A stretch of DNA of 32,000 nucleotides from Promethearchaeota archaeon (GCA_016933055.1 JAFGBS010000009.1:120001-152000), one strand, 5' to 3'; positions 1 to 7,594 are shown, counted from the first letter of the stretch. Numbers and translations are program-made. Notes: generated by a model from the letters alone, not told the origin.

Positions 1-1093
1 GACTTTTTCTTCCACGCAATCCGCTTCCAAAACCATTCGTGCACCCCTCATGCCATGGCCCATTATCTGATGCAAAAAATATAAGTGTATTTTCATACAT
101 TCCCTCCTCTTTGAGAGTTTTTATTATTTCTCCGACGGACCAATCTAACTCCTGAACTGCATCCCCGTACAACCCTGCTTCCGAGGAACCTCGAAAATCT
201 TCCGAAGCATGGAGGGGATCGTGAGGAAATGGTTGACAATAATGCAAGAACATTGGTTTCTTTTCTTTCTTACAGGTCTTAATAAATTCAATTCCTTTTT
301 CGGTGAGTTTTTTTGTGAGAGTATTTTGATCTACGGGAGAGGGTATCTCAATCTCTTTATTTAACCACAGATCATACGGTTCCATGTCGTTGCTATAAAG
401 GGCACCATAAAAAAATTCAAAACCTTTGTCATTCGGAAGATGGGGGCTATGATTTCCAAGATGCCATTTTCCCAATAAGCCTGTTTTATAGCCTATCTTT
501 CCCAAGACTTCTGAAATGGTGATCTCGTCTTTAGGTAGACCTTTTACACCGTATCTCCACCACCCAATCCATGTTAAAACTCTATTCCAAAAAGTTTTTT
601 CTGGGAAAAACACATGCGGTGTTAAACACCGGTTTGGATATCTTCCAGTAAGCAATCCTGCTCGAGATGGCGTACAAAGGGGAGCAGATGTATAGAATTG
701 CGTGAAAGTTACACCATTCTCTGCCAGATTATCGATATTGGGGGTTCTTATCGTTGTAGCACCAAATTTAGATATATCCCCATACCCAAGATCATCACAG
801 AGAATGATGAGAATATTGGGTTTATCCACAATGTCGGCATTTTCAATCGATTCAAGATACTCTCTGTGTTCTTTTAAGTGTAATTGCTGACGCTGTCGAT
901 TTATCAATTGTTGTAAAGTATAATAATATATAATGTATAGTGTGATAATAACTCCTATTGAGATTAATGCAATCCAACCACCTTTCATGTTATTTCCCAA
1001 TAGAACTTTGATGTTCGGATTTAAAATTTTATTTGATTCAATTATTCTAAAAACAGAGGATTGCTTCAGAATTGAATTAACTATATTTTCCAT
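1..1093 (-). CDS. Cys-type sulfatase (arylsulfatase A-like) with N-terminal transmembrane anchor; C-terminus runs off the window edge; start is ATG 1093 or ATG 988
   Basis: Not in the ORF track. Manual translation of the minus strand is open from ATG 1093 to base 1 and contains PNILIILCDDLGYGD, TPNIDNLAENG, the formylglycine motif CTPSRAGLLTGRYP (Cys codon 676-674), GKWHLG, PHDPLH, YGDAVQELDWSVGEI and FASDNGPW..LRGRK. The hydrophobic stretch GGWIALISIGVIITLYIIYYYTL precedes the catalytic domain. Confidence 0.93.
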   Translation of the reverse strand, partial: MENIVNSILKQSSVFRIIESNKILNPNIKVLLGNNMKGGWIALISIGVIITLYIIYYYTLQQLINRQRQQLHLKEHREYLESIENADIVDKPNILIILCDDLGYGDISKFGATTIRTPNIDNLAENGVTFTQFYTSAPLCTPSRAGLLTGRYPNRCLTPHVFFPEKTFWNRVLTWIGWWRYGVKGLPKDEITISEVLGKIGYKTGLLGKWHLGNHSPHLPNDKGFEFFYGALYSNDMEPYDLWLNKEIEIPSPVDQNTLTKKLTEKGIEFIKTCKKEKKPMFLHYCQPFPHDPLHASEDFRGSSEAGLYGDAVQELDWSVGEIIKTLKEEGMYENTLIFFASDNGPWHEGCTNGFGSGLRGRKS

Positions 1094-2198
1094 AATTATG
1101 TGTTGCGCGGATGAATGTGGTTACATTTTCCAGTGGAATTCCCTTATACATCACGGTACTCGGCCCAATAATGAAATGACGATTTTGTTTTAATGCATCC
1201 ATAAGATCTTTTACATGTGCTATCACCTCACTAGCTGTGCCAAATGGAAGTACTTGGGATACGTCCCCAAATCCGATTACCACAAAATCGGGGAAATTTT
1301 CATTAATAAACGCAGGATCCGTCCCCCCCTCCCATCCTTGCAGTCCTAAAAATCCTGCTTCTTGAAACAAAGAAACTAATTGGGTCACATCCCCGTCGGT
1401 ATGCACTTGGGGAATCAGATTCGCATCCGATATCATTGCGGTGATTTTTTTGTAATAGGAAAGATAATCTTCCCTCCAGCGAGTGGGAGATATCATAGAT
1501 CGACCTTTGTATGCAACATCATCTAATAGGGTAATAACTTTAATTTTACATTTTTTTCCCAAAGATAAAATGGCATCAATAATCCCTTGTGTGTTAATCT
1601 CTGCAATTTCTGCGTAGAATCGCACTAGTTCCCGATAGAGTTTGGTATTCTTTTTAAAATGTCGGGAAAACAGTTCCATACCCATTGCTCGCCAGACCCT
1701 GTCAAATATCCCCTCAACTTGTAATATCGGATAGACAAAATTGGATATAGCATTATATTGTCTAAACAATTCACGATTTCCAATGACCATATTTCTAACT
1801 TTCATATTAGATCGTAATCGATCGAGTACTTCTAGTGAATCCACGTATCCTCTTTTATAATACCCACCTGATTGGAATTCTTGACCGGATTCTCCTATCA
1901 GTGTACTTTTTCCATGGTTATCCTGAACTTTAATCCGTTTAATCCGTACACTCGGGATAGTAGATGCAAAAAAGGAGTCGAATCCTATCAACGCTGGCAT
2001 ATTAAATCGGGTAAACCACATTATCGGTGGCCATATTTTCGAGATTTTTTGTTTTCCAACAAAATTGGTGTTCAATATTCGTCTATTTTGTTTAACAAAA
2101 TCTTCTCTCACATATTGAATGAAAGTGGGAACTCGATCCAAATTTTTTCTGTTATTATCAAATACAGCCAAGTAACGCTCATATGCTTTCATATTCAA
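1077..2198 (-). CDS. Uroporphyrinogen decarboxylase (URO-D)/MtaA-CmuA superfamily protein, function uncertain
   Basis: 373 aa with TIM-barrel family motifs DDVAYKGRSMISP, QVHTDGDV, FIIGPS and a C-terminal IPLENVTTFI. It lacks the HemE Arg-rich N-terminal motif. Confidence 0.8.
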   Translation of the reverse strand: MNMKAYERYLAVFDNNRKNLDRVPTFIQYVREDFVKQNRRILNTNFVGKQKISKIWPPIMWFTRFNMPALIGFDSFFASTIPSVRIKRIKVQDNHGKSTLIGESGQEFQSGGYYKRGYVDSLEVLDRLRSNMKVRNMVIGNRELFRQYNAISNFVYPILQVEGIFDRVWRAMGMELFSRHFKKNTKLYRELVRFYAEIAEINTQGIIDAILSLGKKCKIKVITLLDDVAYKGRSMISPTRWREDYLSYYKKITAMISDANLIPQVHTDGDVTQLVSLFQEAGFLGLQGWEGGTDPAFINENFPDFVVIGFGDVSQVLPFGTASEVIAHVKDLMDALKQNRHFIIGPSTVMYKGIPLENVTTFIRATHNYGKYS

Positions 2199-2351
2199 TC
2201 TCCTCGGAATTTAGTGAAAAATTAGTCAATAATTCGACGTGTTTCGCAGATTTTTCCTTATTATGCTGTGGTTGTATAGAAATCAATCTGAATTTTAAGA
2301 ATTATTGAAATGACTAATTTTTTCCCAATCTTATGAATAATAGATTAGCAC

Positions 2352-2374
2352 AGAAAAACAAGAAAAACAAGAAA
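2352..2374 (-). terminator. Oligo-T terminator candidate downstream of tRNA-Ile
   Basis: The minus strand reads TTTCTTGTTTTTCTTGTTTTTCT directly after the discriminator base (two tandem T5 runs). Confidence 0.55.
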
Positions 2375-2500
2375 TGGGAATGGGGGGCTTCGAACCCCCG
2401 CCCTCCGGTTATCCTAGCATATTTTTGGGGCTCTATTGTTTAGAATACCCGCAAAATGTCATATAAGACCGGCGCTATAACCAGGCTAAGCTACACTCCC
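2375..2500 (-). tRNA. tRNA-Ile(UAU) with a 51-nt intron at position 37/38; CCA not encoded
   Basis: Minus strand: acceptor GGGAGTG/CATTCCC plus A73; D arm GCTT-AGCCTGGTTA-TAGC; anticodon stem CCGGT/ACCGG with loop CT-TAT-A|A; variable AGGGC; T arm GGGGG-TTCGAAG-CCCCC. The anticodon TAT is at 2465-2463. Confidence 0.92.
2411..2461 (-). other. tRNA intron with bulge-helix-bulge splice motif
   Basis: Exon bases 32-35 (CTTA) pair with TAGG near the intron 3' end to form the 4-bp central helix. It is flanked by the 3-nt bulges TA|T and AT|A, the canonical archaeal BHB geometry. Confidence 0.88.
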
Positions 2501-2537
2501 TTGACAGAACCGTCAACAAAACACTTTATTGATAAGG

Positions 2538-2545
2538 TTTTATAG
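2538..2545 (-). promoter_or_regulatory. TATA box candidate for tRNA-Ile
   Basis: CTATAAAA on the minus strand about 40 nt upstream of the mature tRNA 5' end. A TTGAC-N6-GTCAA hairpin (2501-2516) lies between them. Confidence 0.45.
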
Positions 2546-2555
2546 ATGGGTGGTA

Positions 2556-2675
2556 TTGCAACCTAAATCACCTTAGGTTGTTTCTCTTTATCCGACCAAA
2601 ATTTTAAACTTTTTTAGAGCATGATCTCTAGGAATCTCCGTAAGGTTCACCATCCTCAGAATTTGCAACCTAAAT
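2556..2675. promoter_or_regulatory. Candidate transcription-factor sites: inverted repeat CAACCTAA-N6-TTAGGTTG (2559-2580) and 13-bp direct repeat TTGCAACCTAAAT (2556-2568, 2663-2675)
   Basis: Exact repeats read from the sequence in the divergent intergenic region between tRNA-Ile and the 2729 gene cluster. Confidence 0.45.
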
Positions 2676-2728
2676 AAAACATATAGGGAATCTTAGCGAT
2701 ATAATCCATATTGTAAAGGTGGGAACTA

Positions 2729-3226
2729 ATGTCTCAAATGATCACTGATTTGATGAATAATATCTATACTCGCATTTCCCAGATGGGATCGGCTATTTCG
2801 AAACTCCAGAAAAGTCTAGACGGCTTAAACTCCCTTATTAATACAAAAATCGAAGAATTGGTACAAACTACTGTATCCATGAAAGAAAACAATGAAAAAG
2901 AAAGTAAAACTTTTGAACTAATATTGCGAGGATATGGGGATGCTTTTTTACAAGAAATTAACCGACTAAAATCAAATATCGGTCTCAAAGATTTGGATGA
3001 ACTCGTCCAAAAATTAAAAAAAATCTCGGAAGCAAGCGAAGAACCACTCAAACCAGAAAATGTAGACCTTCTATTGGATGAAGTACTTGTGGGTATCAAA
3101 AAATTGATGGGACCTTCAGGAGAAGATCCTAAAACAGATGCACCCACCGCAGAAAAGAAACAAGGTATAAAAGGACAATCTATTCAACCAGAGGGATTCA
3201 ATCAAGCATCCCCACCATCGAAATAG
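2729..3226 (+). CDS. Hypothetical all-alpha/coiled-coil protein (A of a tandem pair)
   Basis: 165 aa with heptad-like hydrophobic periodicity and a Pro-rich disordered tail. Purine-rich RBS AAAGGTGGG precedes the ATG. Confidence 0.8.
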   Translation: MSQMITDLMNNIYTRISQMGSAISKLQKSLDGLNSLINTKIEELVQTTVSMKENNEKESKTFELILRGYGDAFLQEINRLKSNIGLKDLDELVQKLKKISEASEEPLKPENVDLLLDEVLVGIKKLMGPSGEDPKTDAPTAEKKQGIKGQSIQPEGFNQASPPSK

Positions 3227-3238
3227 GAGGAAAAGAAT

Positions 3239-3664
3239 ATGGCAGTAGATCAAAATCAAATTGTTAATCAGCTTAATTTAATCCAGCAATACTTAGATGG
3301 AACTATCGCTCAAATCCAAGCAATGGCTACTAATATTGATAATATGGGGAAAAAAATCGCCGAATCCATTGCAGCACTGAATGAGAACCTCCGATTGATC
3401 ATTGAAGTCGTGAAGAAGGGCAGATCCAATCTAACTGAGAGATTAGACGATGTAACAGGGCAAATGAATGACGAGATAAAGAAATTGTGGGAAGAAAAAA
3501 CACTAGAATCTATAACAAAAGAAGAAATGAAAGCGATAGACAAGATTAAAGAAATCAATAAAGTGGTTTCGGATAATCTGTATTCTATTCAACTGCTAAA
3601 TGTAGTGCAAAGTATTCGTGAAATTGTGGGAAGCGCCTTAGCAGTAAAAACTAAAAAGAATTAG
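3239..3664 (+). CDS. Hypothetical all-alpha/coiled-coil protein (B of a tandem pair)
   Basis: 141 aa with heptad periodicity. SD GGAGG lies upstream, 12 nt after the previous stop. Confidence 0.82.
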   Translation: MAVDQNQIVNQLNLIQQYLDGTIAQIQAMATNIDNMGKKIAESIAALNENLRLIIEVVKKGRSNLTERLDDVTGQMNDEIKKLWEEKTLESITKEEMKAIDKIKEINKVVSDNLYSIQLLNVVQSIREIVGSALAVKTKKN

Positions 3665-3672
3665 ATTGTTCC

Positions 3673-5019
3673 GTGCTGAAGGTGCCAAGGCAAATCCATT
3701 CAATTCCATCCAAAAGACGATTAGGAGTAATTTTCCTATTTTTATTACCCTCACTTGGATTATTAATGGGATCGTTTCTCCTTTCCTTTTATACAACTCT
3801 TTCTCCACCTGAACTCCAAGTATCGGATCACAACGCAACCCAAAATACCAAAGATCTATTCTTTCATCTAGCAGATCTAACCGATCAAGTATTATTTGGA
3901 CATCAAGACACAAATTTTTATGGATTAGATGCAACCGATCCCGATAACTTGACTATATGGTCGGATTGGGACAATTTTACAAGGTCAGATGTATTTACTT
4001 TAACGGGTTTCTATCCAGCAGTATATGGTTTTGATATATTTAACTCTACCACCCATATAATTCCCGGTATTAAAGCCGCATTTGAAAGAGGAGGGGTGAT
4101 TACTGTATCATGGCATGCAACAAATTTTGTAACGGGAGGAAGTTTTTATGACACTACTGGAAATGTGGTTTCGAACATTCTTCCCGGTGGTAGTCATCAT
4201 ATCAATTTTACACAAGTTTTAGATAATATTGCAGAAAATCTGGGGAATTTAGAGCACCTCGGTGAATCTGTACCCATTATTTTCCGACCTTGGCACGAAT
4301 ATAATGGCGACTGGTTCTGGTGGTGTCAACCTTTTTGCGCTGTAGATGAATTTAAGGCATTATATCGATTCACCGTAGAATACCTGAGAGATCTGAAAGG
4401 TGTACATAATTTTCTTTATTGTATCTCTCCAAATCAACCTCTTATTCCTTTTTCATCTAATATGTATTTTGAAAGGTATCCTGGAAATGACGTAATCGAT
4501 ATCTTTGCATTGGATGCATACCATTCAGGGGAATCTGTATGGAAAGAAAGTATTTCTTCCTCATTACGAACCATTATTCGGTTGGCATTTGAACGCGGAA
4601 AAATAGCAGCGTTTTCGGAAACAGGTTTAGGAGGAGGTCTGAGTGAAACTCATATTCCAAATTGGTATTCCGATATACTCTTGGATGTGTTTCTAAATGA
4701 TCCCCTATTGAGGAATGTCGCATATGTAATGGTATGGCGAAATGCAAATTTCGGTCATTTTTGGGTCCCCTATCCGGATCATAATCAATCTCTCGGATTC
4801 ATTCAATTCTATTTAAATGAACATACCATATTTAGTAATAACCTACCCGATATGTACTCAAGTAATCCGATTGCACTAAATTACAACACAATAGCACAAA
4901 AGACACTTATATGTCATAACCTTGGTGCATTTATCGGTTTAGTAGTGGTATCTGGCTTATTGGTCACCCCTGCTTTTCTCATGAAAACATTTTCTAGGAG
5001 GGAATTAAATGATGAATAA
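3673..5019 (+). CDS. Glycoside hydrolase family 26 (beta-mannanase-like) with N- and C-terminal transmembrane segments
   Basis: Motifs GGVITVSWHATN, IIFRPWHEYNGDWFWW (acid/base Glu), YPGNDVIDIFALDAY, AFSETG (nucleophile Glu) and YVMVWRN. Hydrophobic segments are LGVIFLFLLPSLGLLMGSFLLSFY and LGAFIGLVVVSGLLVTPAFLM. Confidence 0.9.
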   Translation: MLKVPRQIHSIPSKRRLGVIFLFLLPSLGLLMGSFLLSFYTTLSPPELQVSDHNATQNTKDLFFHLADLTDQVLFGHQDTNFYGLDATDPDNLTIWSDWDNFTRSDVFTLTGFYPAVYGFDIFNSTTHIIPGIKAAFERGGVITVSWHATNFVTGGSFYDTTGNVVSNILPGGSHHINFTQVLDNIAENLGNLEHLGESVPIIFRPWHEYNGDWFWWCQPFCAVDEFKALYRFTVEYLRDLKGVHNFLYCISPNQPLIPFSSNMYFERYPGNDVIDIFALDAYHSGESVWKESISSSLRTIIRLAFERGKIAAFSETGLGGGLSETHIPNWYSDILLDVFLNDPLLRNVAYVMVWRNANFGHFWVPYPDHNQSLGFIQFYLNEHTIFSNNLPDMYSSNPIALNYNTIAQKTLICHNLGAFIGLVVVSGLLVTPAFLMKTFSRRELNDE

Positions 5020-5914
5020 AATCAAATATATTGAACTTGACACCCATATAAGCATATATTGGATACTTTTTGCATTCACGTATCAAAATTTTCTCTTTCT
5101 TGAGGTATGGACAGTCAATGGATGGACGATTGTCTATGATAGCTTATATATAGTCATTCCCTTTATCATTTCACTGACTTTGGGTATCATTTTTTCGTAC
5201 ATCCAGGTTGATATTCGAATTTTAGTTCTCCCCATTCTTATACTGATCACTTCCATGCTAATATTAGTAGGTAACTTGTTTCAAAGACTAAAAATGTTAA
5301 ACTATATCGGATGTTATGCGGTGACTGGGTGGATATGCTCTATGAATTACCATGAAAGGAGCAACTGGTTGTCTTATTTATATCCACAACATATCCTCAT
5401 CATTTCATTCATCTTAATTTTATTTTTACCTATGATAAGAGTGTTTGATGGACTTTTAAACTGGATAATTCTTGTTCCTTTTATAATTTTAGGCGTACTC
5501 TTAATTATCAATTATACACTTCGAATAAAGCTATATCCCATCAATAAAGCAGAAGATTTACGTCCTAAAAAATATAAGGGCTTCCAACCACTAATTCGAA
5601 TCGTATTACTAGTTGTGTTAAATTTTCTATGCATTTACTCGACAATTACAATCAATATTTATGCACAGAGTATATGGAGAATGATTCTCTCCTCTTGTAT
5701 TCTTATTGCATTTTTGATCGCCTTGTTTCTTTTCCCCCGACGTTCTAATAAAATTTTGATAATACTGTTGTTTATCTTATTTATTTGGTTAGGTTTAGCC
5801 CAATCTTTAATATTAGATGGGACATTCAGATTATCGATTATTCTTAGCCAGACTTTATTGCTTTTTATCCTCTGGATTGATTATTCTTTTGATGAATTAT
5901 TGCAGATTGCATAG
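5009..5914 (+). CDS. Polytopic membrane protein of unknown function
   Basis: 301 aa with about 9-10 hydrophobic segments. It overlaps the GH26 stop by 11 nt and has SD GGAGG upstream. Confidence 0.75.
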   Translation: MMNKIKYIELDTHISIYWILFAFTYQNFLFLEVWTVNGWTIVYDSLYIVIPFIISLTLGIIFSYIQVDIRILVLPILILITSMLILVGNLFQRLKMLNYIGCYAVTGWICSMNYHERSNWLSYLYPQHILIISFILILFLPMIRVFDGLLNWIILVPFIILGVLLIINYTLRIKLYPINKAEDLRPKKYKGFQPLIRIVLLVVLNFLCIYSTITINIYAQSIWRMILSSCILIAFLIALFLFPRRSNKILIILLFILFIWLGLAQSLILDGTFRLSIILSQTLLLFILWIDYSFDELLQIA

Positions 5915-6525
5915 AAATTGCGAAAAATTACTTGATTAATCACTCGGGAACATTTTTCTGGATGAAGTTGGATCCCAAATATTGGTAATGGTTTATCCTC
6001 TAAAACCATCTGAATAGCTCCGTATTGAGTTTTATCGGTTTTTCCGAAGTTTTGAAAGAGGCAATTGGGCGGTAATTGTTCGATCACGTCGTAGTGGTGC
6101 ATTTTTACCTTAAATTGTTTGGGTAAATCTTTAAAGAGCGGGTAATTGGAACGAGTTTGCGAAAAAACTAAATGTCCTTTTTCTAACCCAAGCGGATTTT
6201 TAACAATTTTTCCTCCGCAAAGATAAACAATAATTTGATGTCCATAACAAATTCCCATTGTAGGAATTTTGGTCGCAATCAAGTAGGGAATAAATTCATG
6301 AGGTAATCTTCGGGCTTTGGGTTCATATAAATTATCATGACTACCAGATAAGATAATTCCTATTTTGGGTTGAGCTTGGATTTCTTTGAATAATTCATCT
6401 CCCTCGGGTTTTTCTTTATTTGCACTGAGCATAACATATCTTATTGTTAGCCTCTCTAGACTGCGAATAATATATTTTGTATACTTAGAGCCGAAATCTA
6501 CAAGAATTATAGGAGGTTTTACCAT
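5881..6525 (-). CDS. Class I glutamine amidotransferase (GMP synthase subunit A-like); probable start ATG 6525
   Basis: IILVDFGSKYT, nucleophile-elbow GICYGHQ and QLHPE give an intact Cys-His-Glu triad. It overlaps the convergent 5009..5914 gene by 34 nt. Confidence 0.88.
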   Translation of the reverse strand: MVKPPIILVDFGSKYTKYIIRSLERLTIRYVMLSANKEKPEGDELFKEIQAQPKIGIILSGSHDNLYEPKARRLPHEFIPYLIATKIPTMGICYGHQIIVYLCGGKIVKNPLGLEKGHLVFSQTRSNYPLFKDLPKQFKVKMHHYDVIEQLPPNCLFQNFGKTDKTQYGAIQMVLEDKPLPIFGIQLHPEKCSRVINQVIFRNFYAICNNSSKE

Positions 6526-6591
6526 GCCATATTTCGTATATTGAGTATAAAATAAAAATAGTGAGAATAACTTCCCCTTGTCCAGAACCAT

Positions 6592-7428
6592 CTATTCACG
6601 TGAAAACATCGGCTTTTTCTGAATGAATGGTTCCGCTTCAACCAAAGAAAACTTTTGCTTCATTAAATCGGTTAATCTCGAAATAAATCGATTCACAACG
6701 GTACCGCTTACTATCTTTTGGTTGAATAACACAGAGATCCTTAAAACATCCCGCAATCCAACTGCCCCATTTACTTCATCCAGTTTTTTCATCGTTCCCC
6801 CCAATGCAAAATCGATGGTGTGCATACCTACTGTTAAAGGATTAAGTCGGATTTTACCAAACAAGTCTTTCCCCGTGATGCCTATGGTTCCTGCTTTCTT
6901 TTTACAATATAACGGGTTCATTCTATATCGTAAGAAGAATAGACGACGAAAAGAAATGGGTAGAGCATAGAAAAACGAAAAAAAACTTTTATTTCTGAAT
7001 TTTTTTTGGATAGAATTCTCCACATTTGAATCCGTAGCTGTGAGAATTTCTGCTTGAATTTCATCTACAGATTTATAATTTGCTGCTCGAATAATATAAG
7101 GAAATACTCGATAAGATTTCAGTTTTCCTTTTTCGATCACAATATATATATCAACTTCATCAAAAATCAGTAATTTGTGGGGTCTTTTTCGAAATGCATG
7201 TACTTTTTTGGTATCTTCAACCGCTTTTGCAAAGCATTTAACAATCCACCCTTGTAGCATTCCATCCATTGTATCTTCATCAGAAAATTCCTGAATGATG
7301 CTAAATGCGTCGGTAATATCCACTTCAAATACCCCATACACAGAATGTGTAGAGGGGGCGATATCATATAAATCCACTAAATAATCATGATTTGAGTTTC
7401 GAATTACCTCAAACGTATGGGGTTTCAT
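6592..7428 (-). CDS. Stand-alone 2-oxoacid dehydrogenase E2-type acyltransferase catalytic domain, catalytic residues degenerate
   Basis: EVDITDA, VDIYIVIE, PYIIRAANYKSVDEIQAEI, GTIGIT and C-terminal LRISVLFNQKIVSGTVVNRFISRL align by eye to the E2 core (canonical LSLSFDHRVIDG). There is no lipoyl or E3-binding domain. Confidence 0.75.
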   Translation of the reverse strand: MKPHTFEVIRNSNHDYLVDLYDIAPSTHSVYGVFEVDITDAFSIIQEFSDEDTMDGMLQGWIVKCFAKAVEDTKKVHAFRKRPHKLLIFDEVDIYIVIEKGKLKSYRVFPYIIRAANYKSVDEIQAEILTATDSNVENSIQKKFRNKSFFSFFYALPISFRRLFFLRYRMNPLYCKKKAGTIGITGKDLFGKIRLNPLTVGMHTIDFALGGTMKKLDEVNGAVGLRDVLRISVLFNQKIVSGTVVNRFISRLTDLMKQKFSLVEAEPFIQKKPMFSRE

Positions 7429-7503
7429 TGCATATCAATATAATCCTTTGTTTCTGTAGTGCTGTAGAAGTATCATTTGAATCTTTAGGAGATCGAGGTG
7501 ATT

Positions 7504-7594
7504 TGGCGGTCCTGATGGAGAGTCGAACTCCAATCTATCCGCTAGATGCTCAGTTTTGAAGACTGAGGTGCTGACCGCAACACTGATCAGGACC
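7504..7594 (-). tRNA. selC: tRNA-Sec (anticodon UCA), 9/4 fold, CCA encoded
   Basis: Minus strand: GGTCCTGAT CA GTGTTG CGGT CAGCAC CTCAGT CTTCAAA ACTGAG C ATCTA GCGGA TAGAT T GGAG TTCGACT CTCC ATCAGGACC G CCA. This gives a 9-bp acceptor, 6-bp D stem with 4-nt loop, 6-bp anticodon stem, long variable arm, 4-bp T stem and G73. The anticodon is at 7559-7557. Confidence 0.96.

Noticed and set aside
2411-2461. tRNA intron as a box C/D guide RNA (as in archaeal tRNA-Trp)
   Set aside because: There is no CUGA D box and only a poor C-box-like AUGACAU; the intron is also short.
2463-2465. Possibility that the tRNA is a miscalled Met or Ile2 (CAU) tRNA
   Set aside because: The base is T as given, and it pairs with an intron A in the BHB helix where C would mismatch.
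2200-2728. tRNA genes as integration sites for a mobile element
   Set aside because: No duplicated tRNA 3' end (att repeat), integrase or transposase is visible in the window.
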